Shown here: positions 24,470 to 39,571 of the stretch, piece after piece | How positions within the stretch are numbered: the stretch's first letter is position 1 | Layout of the letters: each line of letters opens with the position of its first letter | From: Eledone cirrhosa | Taxonomy: Eukaryota | Direction of reading: 5' to 3' | Assembly: GCA_964016885.1 (NCBI GenBank) | Contig: OZ024743.1 | Span: 333,870,001-333,934,000 of the forward strand | DNA length: 64,000 nucleotides | Notes under the pieces: model-generated | Database searches by the model: none | The model's input: only the letters and a program-made list of their open reading frames with translations | Told to the model about the DNA's origin: nothing | Made by a program: the position numbers and the translations under genes

Positions 24470-24532
24470 GATTAGTACATCGTGTGATTAGTACATCGTG
24501 TGATTAGTACATCGTGTGATTAGTACATCGTG
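24470..24532. repeat. 16-bp minisatellite x4 (gattagtacatcgtgt)
   Basis: Direct reading. Confidence 0.9.
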
Positions 24533-24594
24533 AATAAACACGAATGGATGAAGTGAAAGAGAACAGACGGATTAAAAAGAAATAAGACTTGAAA

Positions 24595-24890
24595 GAAATG
24601 GACTTCCGTCGGTTTCGACGATGAGTGCCCCAGTTGTTCAATCAACAGAACAGCCTGCTCATGAAATTAACGTAAGTGGTTGAGTATTCCATAGATACGT
24701 GTACCCTTAACGCAATTTTCAAGAAGATTCAGTGTGCGACAAGACCGACACTTTTAATTACAAGTAGAACCCATCTGACGGGTTTCCAAACAGTTTCCAT
24801 CTACCCAATTTTACTCACAAGGCAAAGGCCGACTCGAAGCTATGGTAAATGACACTTGCTTAAGATACCATGCACTGAGATCGAACCCGG
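24595..24890 (-). mobile_element. Second SINE family; relatives ~23860-23990, 41540-41845, 53610-53900
   Basis: Shared gtcggtttc.acga....ccagttg...aac.gaacagcct.ctcatgaaatta.cgt. Confidence 0.65.
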
Positions 24891-24905
24891 GCCTAATGTT
24901 GTGTT

Positions 24906-25110
24906 CCCATAGATTGCCTGTAGCAGTGAAGACTTCCGGCGTTCTTGGCTCCAGGACCACATCCCTATTCACTGCTAGCAGAGAGAAAGAGTGGCTGTTC
25001 CAGCGCTTCTCCTGCACCGCCCTCCGGGGCAATGTATTTTACATATTGTCGGCCGGGACCTTGAGGCGGAGGTTAAGTTATTTAGAGATGGAAGATACTC
25101 GTTCGGACGT
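24906..25110 (+). mobile_element. CRE-clade remnant
   Basis: LPVAVKTSGVLG...REKEWLFQRFSCTALRGNVFYIL. Confidence 0.6.
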
Positions 25111-25583
25111 CACTGTCTCTTTATTTATATACATACTTAAGTTAACATAGATAATATTGGGGACAATGTAATGTACATTAACGGAAGCAAATGTCTTTAA
25201 CATGGATTTGGCAAACTGCCAGATTCGTGCTTTATTGCTTGAATCCCGTTTTGACCTTGTTACAAAAGTTAATATTACTAAGTAACAATACACAAGAAGA
25301 AAGAAAAAAGAACACACATGTACACACACAAAACAATAAAAGATAAAACAAAAATAAATTTACCATTGTCTTCTGATTAATTATAAAATAGTCAATAGAC
25401 TTATCTGAAGATGGTGAGTTTAATGAGCCAGTAAGAGCGCCATTTTATTAGTAATTTTCGTAAGTTTACCTCCTTAAACTATGTCCTTGTTTAAATAAAG
25501 ACCTTTTTGTAATAAAGATAACAATTTCCTGTTATTGACGTAATTGTTACTCTAGAAAAGACAACATAAAGATCTTTTCGAAG

Positions 25584-25801
25584 ATTTCTGATTTAGGCAC
25601 AAGGCCAACAATTTTGGTGGGGGGAAAGTCAATTAAAACGGCCTCTATGTGTTACTTGTACTTAATTTTATCGACCCCATAAGGATGAGAGGCAATGCAA
25701 GCTAATTTAGATAGAATTTGAACTCAGAAGGTAAAGGGATTTAACTCTATGCCGCAAAGCATGTTGTCTGACGTTCTTCTACCGATACTGCCAATCTACC
25801 A
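25584..25801 (-). mobile_element. SINE (degenerate plus-strand copy at ~26070-26250)
   Basis: Family core. Confidence 0.8.
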
Positions 25802-26787
25802 CCCTCCCCACAAGTTATAATGCAATACAGCTGATAGGCTGCTATTTATATATTTTCCATCACAAATCAATACACACTTGATAGTAAGTGGGATATGTGA
25901 ATTAGTACAAAATGTAGGGGGACAAATTTTCATTAATTCTGTTTTTACTTTTCGTAAATTCCTTTTATTCCATTTTTACTTTTGATAATTTTATTTCCAT
26001 TTTATTGTATTCCATAAGTAAATTGTAATAAATTGTACCACAATTATTATTTAAACAGGGAAAAGGCAGTGAATGGGGAATATCAGTTGAACGTTGGACA
26101 ACATGCTTAACATCATATAGTTACGTTCTGATTTCAAATCTCACCTAGGTTAGTTTTGGCTCATCCTTACAGGGTCGATAAAAATAAAGTACCAGTAAGG
26201 CACTGGGGTCATTCTAGTCGATTTCCCCTCCTCCAAACCAGAAACAATTATTAAAACAGGGAAATAAAAACAATAGTTTGTTTGAGATTCCCTCTCTTCA
26301 CACAAACACATATTTCATTTAACTAAAATTAATTTTTAATATCTGATATATTGTTTGAGAAAGTTTCTTTCTTCCCTTTATCATTATATATCTATCAGAC
26401 ATCGTTATTATTGGATTTAGCCGAAAGAGCTTCAGAGGAAAGCCATTTTAGAGAATATATTACTGCATTGTTATTATAACAATGGCATCCGCTAAGTCAG
26501 TTTAAGAGATGAATGCCACTGGAGAGAATACGGCTTTACTCATCAGAATAATTTGTAAGGACATGATTTTTAACGTTAAAGGATTTATCACTTGTTGTTT
26601 ACTGACAATAGAGGTACATGTTATTTCTATATTCAAGTGTATGTATGCAAAAGTTAGAGTATATATGCAGACAATGCTTTCAGATTTTGAGTTTTGAAAT
26701 TTGCATTGGAAATTTAAACTGATAAGCATGAGATTACATCTCTTATTAGAGCAACAGATAATAAAACTAAAAATATTCCTTGTAGGT

Positions 26788-27989
<1,202 letters not shown>

Positions 27990-28140
27990 ATACTTTGGGA
28001 GGGTCATGTTGCCAATAAGAAACACACGCACCAGTTGCTTTCACTTCAATTTAATTTAATATATATTTATAAATTTACAAATTTATAAATTTCTGGTTGG
28101 TTGGTTGGTTCCACAACCAGATAGTTGTTTATATATATAT

Positions 28141-28185
28141 AGTCATAGTTCTTTCGTCACACACTCTGTGACCTCTTCAGTGACT
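28141..28185 (-). ncRNA. Minimal hammerhead ribozyme, left arm
   Basis: Reverse complement of 28293-28337. Confidence 0.72.
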
Positions 28186-28292
28186 GGGGATTTCTTTCTT
28201 CGTTTCTGTGCCTTTCCTTTCTTCTATCCTACGCCATTTTCTGGCGTAGGATAGAAGAAAGGAAAGGCACAGAAACGAAGAAAGAAATCCCC

Positions 28293-28337
28293 AGTCACTG
28301 AAGAGGTCACAGAGTGTGTGACGAAAGAACTATGACT
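28293..28337 (+). ncRNA. Minimal hammerhead ribozyme, right arm
   Basis: agtca CTGAAGA ggtcac-agagtgt-gtgac GAAA gaac TA tgact. Confidence 0.72.
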
Positions 28338-28608
28338 ATATATATATAAACAACTATCTGGTTGTGGAACCAACCAACCAACCAGAAATTTATAAATTTG
28401 TAAATTTATAAATATATATTAAATTAAATTGAAGTGAAAGCAACTGGTGCGTGTGTTTCTTATTGGCAACATGACCCTCCCAAAGTATAACAATATCGGT
28501 TTCAACACACGATTTCAGATAAAGAATCTTGCTAAACAAATTCAGAAACGAAATATATATATATATATATATATATAGGTATATATATATATATATATAG
28601 GTATATAA

Positions 28609-29027
28609 TGTAGGAGGTGAGTTTTATTGTAGTACAATAAAGCAATGCAGATATCGGATAAGAAGCACTCTACAGTTTGTGGGACTGGAGTATGCATAAT
28701 ATAAGATCAAAAGATGGTTAAAGGAGTTCCATATATTTTATTATGCGCATTTCAAAAACAAACATCATCAAGCAATAATATTTGTGTTTTCATCAGATAA
28801 AACAGGAGAACATGATATGAAGGCTAAAAAACACTTGTGGATAGTGCAGTTTTAAATCAACATATGTTGATTTAAAACTGCACTATCCACAAGTGTTTTT
28901 TAGCCTTCATATCATGTTTTCCTGTTTTATCTGATGAAAACACAAATATTATTGCTTGATGATGTTTGTTTTTGAAATGCGCATAATAAAATATATGGAA
29001 CTCCTTTAACCATCTTTTGATCTTATA
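28609..29027. repeat. Fold-back of family A pLTR with two HHRs (28736-28802 minus, 28925-28991 plus)
   Basis: Centre aatcaacatatgttgatt; both arms contain CTGATGA..GAAAtgcgcaTA. Confidence 0.88.
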
Positions 29028-29125
29028 ATATATAGGTATATATATATATAGTGTGTTCTGTTATTAATTCTGGCAATATTACACAAATATGACCCTCACC
29101 AAGTATAACAATATATATAGGTATA

Positions 29126-29177
<52 letters not shown>

Positions 29178-29190
29178 TATATATATATAT

Positions 29191-29320
<130 letters not shown>

Positions 29321-29591
29321 TATATTTTAGTTTATTTAGTTTATAAAATTGAATACATTGATTTTAACTTGTGTGATATAAAATTGTGCATTTAGCATTA
29401 GAGTTTCCGTTTGTTTATTAGATATACTCATAATACTAAGAATAATTGTGATAATCATGACTATAATGCTTTTAATTTTTAGCCATATGAAAATGTAATA
29501 ACAAAGGATTAGGGTGCAAAAAATAGTCTTTAATAGTACATTGATAACCACAGAAGACTAACTGAAAATAAAAATAAAACAAACTTCAACA

Positions 29592-29658
<67 letters not shown>

Positions 29659-29858
29659 GCATATATATATATATTGTTTAGAAAACGTAAGAGAAACACA
29701 AACATAAGGACAACATATATATAGGCTATTTCATCTTAAAGTATGTACTTTTACCTAAATATTATATGATTTATATATATTGTCAAAATACTATGTATTT
29801 CTCAAACGATAGAACACACTTCCTCTCTCTCTCTCTCTCTGTATATATATATATATAT

Positions 29859-29928
<70 letters not shown>

Positions 29929-29930
<2 letters not shown>

Positions 29931-30186
29931 TTTCTTCTTGGTTCCCCACCCTTCGGTTCATTCATCCATATATCTATAATCGCCCAGAATCCAAATCCTA
30001 CTTCATAATTGCTATTCTATAATTCTGTCTCACTGTTCTAAATAATCTTCTCCACGCTTGTTCTAAATAATCTTCTCGCTACCATTTTGGCCGAAAATTT
30101 TTCTAGGATTCATAAAAATGGCTTCTTTCGGCCCTCTAAATCGCTATCACCCCCACTCTCTCTATCACATACGCCCTCCCCCCCTC

Positions 30187-30240
<54 letters not shown>

Positions 30241-30474
30241 TACTCGCACTAAATATAAATAAGCCTGTTACGAGGGACAAAACTCAGAATTTGTCAACTC
30301 TTATTAATGGTCAGTCAACTTCTACGAAATGTAATGTATAAATAACATTTTCTTCTTGTCTCCCCACCCTTCGGTTCATTCATCCATATATCTATAATCG
30401 CCCAGAATCCAAATCCTACTTCATAATTGCTATTCTATAATTCTGTCTGACTGTTCTAAATAATCTTCTCCTCG
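29929..30474 (+). repeat. ~130-bp direct repeat upstream of the RTE ORF
   Basis: ccccacccttcggttcattcatcc...ctgttctaaataatcttctcc at ~29944 and ~30362. Confidence 0.85.
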
Positions 30475-33400
30475 CTAACTACCCCATACCCCTCCCCCAC
30501 TCTCCACCTTTATTATTTGGACCAATCACAAGTCAACGCCATATGCTATCAATTCTGGTTGCTTTTCGATATGATGGATGGACTAAGGAATTTCTGGAGA
30601 GTCTGAAGAATCTGGACACTCGAAGACAATGACAAAGATAATGACAAATTCACCTCATGCTGCCGGACGAAAGGGCAAGGCCCCCTCCTCTTTGTTGCAG
30701 CCGCGGATGGCCAACATAAACCCCTCCCCCTCACCCCTCCCTGCGCCCCACCCACCAAACGCAATCCAAAACTTCAGAGTTGGTACCATGAATGTAGGCA
30801 CCTTAAAAGGCCGCTCTAACGAGGTTGTAGAAATGCTTCAACGTAAGGAGGTTGATGTTTGCTGTATCCAAGAGACCAGGTGGAGGGGCGGGTCTGCTAG
30901 ATTCATTGTGGGTAAAAAACGATGCTATAAGCTTTTATGGGTGGGAAATGACAATGGGCTGGGTGGGGTAGGAATCATGTTAGCAGAAAAATGGGTGGAT
31001 AAGATAATAGACGTAAATAGAGTGAATGACAGAATAATTAAAATAAGACTTGTTCTAAATAGAACTAATGTGACAGTAATATCTGCGTACGCGCCCCAAT
31101 CCAGCCTGTCTGGCGCTATAAAAGACAGATTCTATGAGACATTGATGCTCACTACCTCCCAAATAACCGACAGTGACTATATAATTATTGCTGGCGACCT
31201 AAATGGTCACGTTGGACAACATTGTGACGGCTATGACGGGATCCATGGAGGCTATGGGTTTGGTACTAGAAATGAGGAAGGCTGCTCCAGAATCCTGGAA
31301 TTCTGTGACGCAAATAACCTAACTATCTGTAACACTAACTTCAAAAAACGAGACAATCACTTGATCACCTACAGATCAGGGGAACATACCAGCCAGGTAG
31401 ATTATATCCTTACCAGAAGACGTGACAGAGTGTCTGTTGTAAACACTAAATCCCTCCCCCATGAAGAGTGCACCTCCCAACATAGACTGATAATTAGCGA
31501 CCTCATAGTCAGGACGAGACGTACTCGACAGCAGAAGAGGACTATCCCCAGGAGAAAAATATGGAAGCTAAAGGACGCCACAGCCAGAAATAAATTTAAA
31601 AGCATATTACTTGATGCTTTCGACAGTAAGGAAGAGCATTTAGAGTCGTACATTATAGAGGAACAGTGGGAATTCCTGAAAGCAAACCTGCTGATGGCGG
31701 CAGACGAAGTCTGTGGCTGGAGCAGGCCTATAGGCAGGAGGAGAGTAACATGGTGGTGGAACAGTAAGGTGGAGGAGTCAAAAAGCAGGCTTGGAAAGTA
31801 TGACGGGATGGGGGAAGTAGAGAAGACTATCAAGTGGCTAGGAGGGAAGCTCGGAGACAAGTGTACTTCGCAAGAAGGGAAGCAGAGGAAAGAAAGTTCA
31901 AGTATGTTCTACAACGCGAGGACCAAAAACGTGAGGTGTTCAGGATTGCTAGGCAATGTGTCAAGGAAAACCGTGATATTGTCGGGGAGAAGTGTGTACT
32001 TAATGATGATGGCGTACTTGCCATCACTGACGCTGATAAGAAGGTAGCTTGGAAGTGTCACTACGAAAGGCTACTAAATGAAGAGAATAAATGGGAGAAA
32101 GACAGTCTCCCCCACATCGACCCAATAGAGGGACCAGCAGTGTTAGTCGAAGGTAGTATAATAAGTAAGGCAATCAAAGATATGAAGACGGGTAAGGCGG
32201 CTGGGCCTTCGGAAATAGTTGCTGAAATGCTGAAAGCTTCTGGAACGGTGGGACACACCATCGTCACCCGGACAGTAAACCGAGTCATACAGAATGGAGT
32301 TGTTCCGAAGGACTGGCGTAGCAGCATCATCATTAACTGCTACAAGGGTAAAGGAGATGCCCTAGATAGGATTAACTATAGAGGCATTAAATTACTCGAC
32401 CAGGTCATGAAGGTCACAGAAAAAGTAATAGTGCAACTAATCAGAGAGAGAATTGATCTAGATGAAATGCAGTTCGTGTTTGTGTCAGGCAAAAGTACCA
32501 CAGACGCTCTTTTCATTGTACGACAACTACAGGAGAAGTACCTAGCTAAAAGTAAACCCATATACTTAGCTTTTGTCGACTTGGAGAAAGCCTTCGACAG
32601 AGTTCCCCGTTCCATTATCTGGTGGGTTCTTAGAAAACTAGGTGTTGATGAATGGCTTGTGAGAGCTATACAAGCCATGTATAAAGAAACAGTCAGCAAG
32701 GTTAGAATTAACAACGAATATAGTGAAGAGTTTAGCGTAAAAGTTGGTGTTCATCAGGGCTCCGTTCTTAGCCCCCTACTATTTATTATTGCCCTTCAGG
32801 CTATAACAGTGGAGTTCAAGACCGGCTGCCCATGGGAACTCCTATACGCAGATGATCTAACGCTCATAGCTGAATCAATGGCCGAACTAGAGAAGAAATT
32901 TCAAACATGGAAGCATGGCCTAGAATCAAAAGGCCTTAAAATTAACCTGTCTAAGACTAAAGTTCTAGTTTGTAGGAAGGAAAATAGGGCGCCGGTCCCA
33001 TCTGGGAAATGGCCATGCTCGGTGTGTAGGAAAGGAGTAGGTAGAAACTCCATTTTATGTCCCAAATTCAAAGTATGGGTGCATAAAAGATGTAGTGGGA
33101 TCACAGGTAAGCTAACTAAGAACATAGATTTTATATGTGGCCGGTGCTCTGGTGCAATAAGTAGCAGGAAGTGCCCCCAGAATACTAGCTCATTCCATTG
33201 CACAGATGGTTCTATAGAAATAGTGGACAGCTTCCGTTACCTGGGTGACAAAATCAGCAGTGGGGGAGGGTGCTCTGAAAGTACAGTAGCTAGAGTCAGA
33301 ACTGGATGGAAAAAGTTCAGAGAGCTTATACCACTATTGGCCGCTAAAGGGTTCTCCCTAAAAATGAAAGGCAGGCTGTATGATGCCTGCATACGAACAG

Positions 33401-34187
33401 CAATGTTACATGGCAGTGAGACCTGGGGATTGTGTGCAGAGGATATACGCAGACTGGAGAGGAACGAAGCTTGCATGCTCCGCTGGATGTGTAATAGTAA
33501 TATACGTGAACGGCAAAGCATAAACGAACTAAGGGAAAAATTAGAAATAAGAGGGATCAGATGTTGTTTACTCGAGAGAAGGCTACGTTGGTATGGTCAC
33601 GTGATGCGCATGAAAGACGACAGCTGTATAAAAAAGTGCAGGGCAATAAAAATAGACGGTAGCCACGGAGTAGGCAGACCCAGAAAAACCTGGGACGACT
33701 TGATAAATTCCGACCTCACACACTTACACCTCTCCAAGACAATGTCACTGGACCGAGATCTTTGGCGCTACACAATAATAGAGAAGATCCGCCTTACCTA
33801 AGTACAAAGTGAAACCTACTACAGTCAGTAGGCACCTCTAACAAAATACACCCCCGTCCCACTACCCCCACCCCATCCACACCACCCCTTTCAATGTAAA
33901 GTTATGTTGGTACCACAACATCCAGCCCGAAACAAATGAGGTCGTGTAGGTGTCACGACAAAAAAACACACAGTCCACGCTGTAATGTGGCCGTGTACGT
34001 AACACGGTAAAAACCTCCCAGTTCCACACTGTAAATGTGGTTGGTGTTAGGAAGGGCATCCAGCCGTAGAAAACCCGCCAGACAGTCCTATGCAAGCAAG
34101 ACAACCACTCTTGCCTCAAGTGGGAAAACTCCCTTCCAAACCCATGCAAGCGTGGAATATGGACGTTAAACGATGATGTTGATGATG

Positions 34188-34189
<2 letters not shown>
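30350..34189 (+). mobile_element. Near full-length RTE-clade LINE (APE + RT), one frameshift, (GAT)n tail
   Basis: ORFs 30629..32047 and 31834..33801; 3' end gacgttaaacgatgatgttgatgatgat; 5' boundary uncertain. Confidence 0.93.
30629..33801 (+). pseudogene. APE endonuclease-RT polyprotein with PHD-like finger, frameshift ~31780
   Basis: TMNVGTL, IQETRW, AGDLNGH, SQHRLII; VDLEKAFD, GVHQGS, YADD; CSVC..C..HKRC..CGRC. Confidence 0.9.
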
Positions 34190-34220
<31 letters not shown>

Positions 34221-36458
34221 GTTAGAGAAGCAAAAAAATTGCTTATTGTGATCCAGTTTCATGGATGGTTTCAACGTACGGTTAGGGGTAACTCCACAAG
34301 TTTGTAAGAATTCCGTTCAATCTTGGAGTATAAAGTATAAAAGAGAAAACAGGTAAGCATTAAGAGAAGGATTTTATCCAGGTATTTACGACCGTTTCAT
34401 TGGTAAGTGCAACCTTATATTGCTATACTGCAAATAGCAGCCACTCAATTATAATTGTTGTTCACAGTCCAAATTTTCAATATAGTAAGTTACTCTTGAA
34501 ATAATTCTTAATATATAGAGAAAAACATTTATTTGGAATTGTATTTACTAGTATATAGAGAGAGGAATCAGAAGGTGAGGGGACAGACGGAATAGTATAG
34601 AGAGAGAGAGGAGGGGGGAAGAGGTAGGAAGTAGAGTGACAAACTGAGATGGAGGGAGGGGTAGAGGTGGAAGGAGTCTTTGGTCAGTTTTGATAGCAGA
34701 CTTCATGTCGTGGAATGTAGTGAGTTAAAAAGAATTAAATTGATCATAGTGGGAGGGATGGTTAGAGAGGGAGAGAGAGAGAGAGGGGGGGAATATAAGG
34801 AGATAAATATATATATATATATAAAATAAAGATAAAGATAATAATGACAAAAATAAAAGCAAAGAAGGGGGTGAGAAAGAAGAAAAGAAAAGATAGCCAA
34901 GAAGGGGAGGGAAGGAAGGAAGAAAACGAAGAAATAGAAGAGGGAGAAGAGAGGGATATATGCATTGGTTTTGTGGGTAATTAAAAGGGTTTAGATACAA
35001 CAAGAGGGTATAAAGTTTAAGTATATGTAGTTTGTCAGTTGGTAGTAAGAGGTTAAGGGTTCGATTTGTAGTGCGAAAACTTCTCTTTGAGTCTATGGTT
35101 ACAATAAGTTGATTTTCGATTTTATTGTTGAGTAACTTATTCTTCGAACTCAAGATGTGGAACAGCTCAAGGTCGCATAATCGACAGCTTCTCATACCAC
35201 TCTGATATGGGGGCGCGTTCGATAATTTTTTCCACTTCAGGGTGTATTGATGGTTACTTTCCCTCAGTTGCCAGGTCTTGTTTGCAATGGTAGTTACATA
35301 ACGATGCTGGGAATGTTTCATTGCGTAACGGTGTGTATACCAACGGGCTTTAAATGTATTCCCAGTCGCTCCGATGTAATACCATTTCTGGTTGTCTGAT
35401 TTCACTGTGCATTGGTAAACCAGGTTAGACTGCATACATTCATTATGTAATGGACAGGTTTCAGGTAGGTGGCAGTTACAGTTCTTGTCATGGGCAACTT
35501 TGGCATTATTGGTGAGCTGCGATGCCTGTACAAGTGTGTTACGTTTTGTTTGCCTATTAGCGGGTGGTTGTGTATTAGATATTCTGTTGTGTTCGGTGGT
35601 GATTGTATTGTTATTGTTGTAAATTTGCGTTTTGGTGTTGTTATGTATCTTTTTAGGGTTGAGTATCTTAATGTGTGCCTCTATATTTGGTGCCGTGGAG
35701 TAAGATAGTCTAATAGATTTAGTGTTAAGGATTTTGCTGTATCTATGTGAATCTGGAAAGTGCTTATTTATTATTCTAAAGAAGGTAGAGGGTAGGTTAG
35801 TACTAATAGAGGTGTTAATATGGGGTTATACCAAATATATTTTCTACTGCGTGACTTGTTTGATTTCGATGTTGTATTTCTATTTGCCGTATACTTTGCA
35901 GTTCTAAGCGTAAGTGCGTGTGTGCGTGTGTTACCGGAGTTTGTGTTATACGTGTTCGTGTGCGCTTCACGGAGGCTTTCATCTATATATTCTACTCTAT
36001 CTAAGTGGCCTGCCTTGTCTAATGCGGTATTGTAGTATTCTGCATGTTCTTCGAAGATTTGTCGGTTGGACGAGAGGCGGGAGATCCTAAGGGATATGCT
36101 GCGTTGAATGGATTTAATTATGGATAGTGGGTGGTTTGAGTTACAGTTGTGGTATGCTAAGTTTTCATTAATCTTGTGAAAAGGTCTTATAAGTCCCGTA
36201 TTTAGGTTAAGCGTCGCGTCTAGAAAGTTAACTGTTTTAGTGCTATACTCATACGTTATGCTAAGGTCTAGTTTCCCGAGAGTCTTTCTAATATTCTTAC
36301 GGAGTCTTTTTATGCTCTGGTTATTTAGGTTCTCAATTATAATTGAGTGGCTCCTATTTGCAGTATAGCAATATAAGGTTGCACTTACCAATGAAACGGT
36401 CGTAAATACCTGGATAAAATCCTTCTCTTAATGCTTACCTGTGTTTTCTCTTTTATAC
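34221..36458 (-). mobile_element. Naiad-like PLE, 5'-truncated, with inverted pLTR segment at its 5' end
   Basis: VNFLDATLNL, SNHP, SISLRISRLSSN, WYNP; CNCHLPETCPL; LVYQC..YIG; 34335-34437 inverted at 36355-36458. Confidence 0.88.
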
Positions 36459-36479
36459 TATATATATATATATAGATAT

Positions 36480-36547
<68 letters not shown>

Positions 36548-36738
36548 ATATATATATATGTATATATACCAGAGGGTGGTAGTTTACTTGAAGCATTGTT
36601 CAATAGGAAATACAAATTTGAATAATTAAAAAAAACAAACAATGCACTAGAAAGAAAATTAAAATTGCTAAGATAACAAAAGAATCTTACCTTTACAAAT
36701 TTAATAATCCCAAATACTAAATACTAAAAACCCATTAT

Positions 36739-37265
36739 TAAGTATAATAAAAAAAATACAAGTTACGGGCGAGAGAGAGGACTATCCGTCATCAGTTGTC
36801 TACTAGGAATCATAGGTATTTCTTCGCGTTAGAGACAAGATACCTCAGCCTAGGGCGAGTCAATAACTAAAATAAGTTATTGGGATAAAAGAAGGGGGGG
36901 GGGACATGTAAACAGACAGGAATGGTGAAGCAACGTAAAGAGAGGAAAATTAAGAAACATATCAACTCATTTCGAACGGTCTTGGCGTGTCTTTTGTCTC
37001 TCGTCAAAATTCGCCCGTTCTTATATTCGAAATGAGTTGTTGACTTGATATGTTTCCTAATTTTCCTCTGTTTACGTTGCTTCACCATTCCTGTCTGTTT
37101 ACATGCCCCCCCCCTTCTTTTATCCCAATAACTTATTTTAGTTATTGACTCGCCCTAGGCTGAGGTATCTTGTCTCTAACGCGAAGAAATACCTATGATT
37201 CCTAGTAGACAACTGATGACGGATAGTCCTCTCTCTCGCCCGTAACTTGTATTTTTTTTATTATA

Positions 37266-37269
<4 letters not shown>
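36739..37269. repeat. Palindrome with ~230-bp arms
   Basis: 36739-36975 is inverted at ~37027-37269; next to (TA)n. Confidence 0.9.
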
Positions 37270-37322
<53 letters not shown>

Positions 37323-37419
37323 AGAGGGTGTAACTTGGAGTTACTGCAGGTTCACCCGGGAGAGCGCTCGATGTTTAGGTTCACTTCTGTGATGAGGTGT
37401 AGAGCTATACAGAGAGTAA

Positions 37420-37954
<535 letters not shown>

Positions 37955-38148
37955 TTAGGTTTGTTGGTTCACCACTGGATAGAGAAATGTAGTTGCCAGT
38001 CAGAATGACCACCTTCAAGTTTTAAGTGGTCATCAAAACTGACAACTGCTGGCTCTGGCCGCCTCCAGGCCTTAAACCTTTCTTTCTACTTTTCAGCCCC
38101 TTGGATTGTGTCTATCATTATTATATTCCTTTATTAGATAAATTTCGT

Positions 38149-38208
38149 AACGCCTGATGATGTCACCGGGTTCCTACAAAACCTAGTCATTGAAATGTGC
38201 ATAGTGTT
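38149..38208 (+). ncRNA. Minimal hammerhead ribozyme
   Basis: aacgc CTGATGA tgtcac...gtcatt GAAA tgtgca TA gtgtt; stem II weak. Confidence 0.62.
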
Positions 38209-38444
38209 TGTAATATAACTTTAAGGAATTTTCACCAGTCCAGCCTCCTGTTATTTTACTCAACAATAAGACAGCATATATATGTGAAGTTATGTATATT
38301 TCCTCTGATAGTTTGTAATATTTTTACATAGATCTATATGATATACATACCAACACACATATATATCCTAGAAACGATCGTAAAATGATGAATTTTTTAA
38401 TATAAGGAACTTGTTCTTTGTTTTTATTCATTGTTTTTATTAAT

Positions 38445-38489
<45 letters not shown>

Positions 38490-38573
38490 AAAGGTAGACA
38501 GAAATAACAACAGAATCGGTACAGTATATGGAAGGGATATATTAGGTTAACGCTTGATATAACAGGTAGAGGG

Positions 38574-38609
38574 TCTTAACGTTTCGGACGCTAGTCCTTC
38601 ATCAGAAGA
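38574..38609 (-). ncRNA. Minimal hammerhead ribozyme, loopless stem III
   Basis: tctt CTGATGA aggac-tagc-gtcc GAAACG TT aaga. Confidence 0.7.
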
Positions 38610-39186
38610 AAGAATGAGAAATAAGATAGATTGAGGGGACGGACGAGTTGATATATATATATATATATACATATAGTCTGCGGTGCTGCGACCGGAGAGA
38701 CCACTAATCATGTGTGTACTCAATGCATGGGGAGATGGAGAGTGGGTATAGAGATAGGCAAAATATATTAATTAGAACCCTCCAGCTTTTGCACTGTATG
38801 TAAATGAGCTTCACCAGTCGATATTCATAAGCATAAATACTATAATCTTTTAACTAATTTTCCTCTTAGCGCCCAAGCAGCGTTAGCCCCCTTGGTTAAC
38901 AAACCAGAAGCGGCCATTAGAGTGGTGTTCCTTGGTTGCTAAAACTCAGTGGTGAAGTTCCCCACTTCTAAAATTGATAGCAAGGCTGTAACAATGTTTA
39001 TTTACATGAACATTTCGTATATGATTCAATATACAACCGCTTCTCACTCACTAGCTTTCTATTTCAGCTTTTATTTCTCATTCTATTTTCTGAACATTAA
39101 GACTCTTTTCCTATTATTTCAAGTGTTAGATTAATATATTTCTTCATTGTACTATGTCTTCTGGTTTGTTATTTCAGTTTACTTCT

Positions 39187-39419
<233 letters not shown>

Positions 39420-39505
39420 GTATGTAAAAGGTAAACAGAAATAACACAATCGGTACAGTATATGGAAGGTATATATTAGGCTAACGCTTGAAATAGCAAG
39501 AAGAG

Positions 39506-39569
<64 letters not shown>

Positions 39570-39571
<2 letters not shown>

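Noticed and set aside
24470-24532. Short regular repeat as a CRISPR or regulatory array
   Set aside because: Four abutting 16-bp units without spacers; ordinary slippage minisatellite
26396-26560. Possible host exon ending at gtaag
   Set aside because: Stops in all frames from the plausible acceptor; no recognisable protein
37208-37250. CTGATGA-cgg...ccg-TAAC in a palindrome arm
   Set aside because: GAAA is replaced and stems I/III are not evident; at best a decayed HHR
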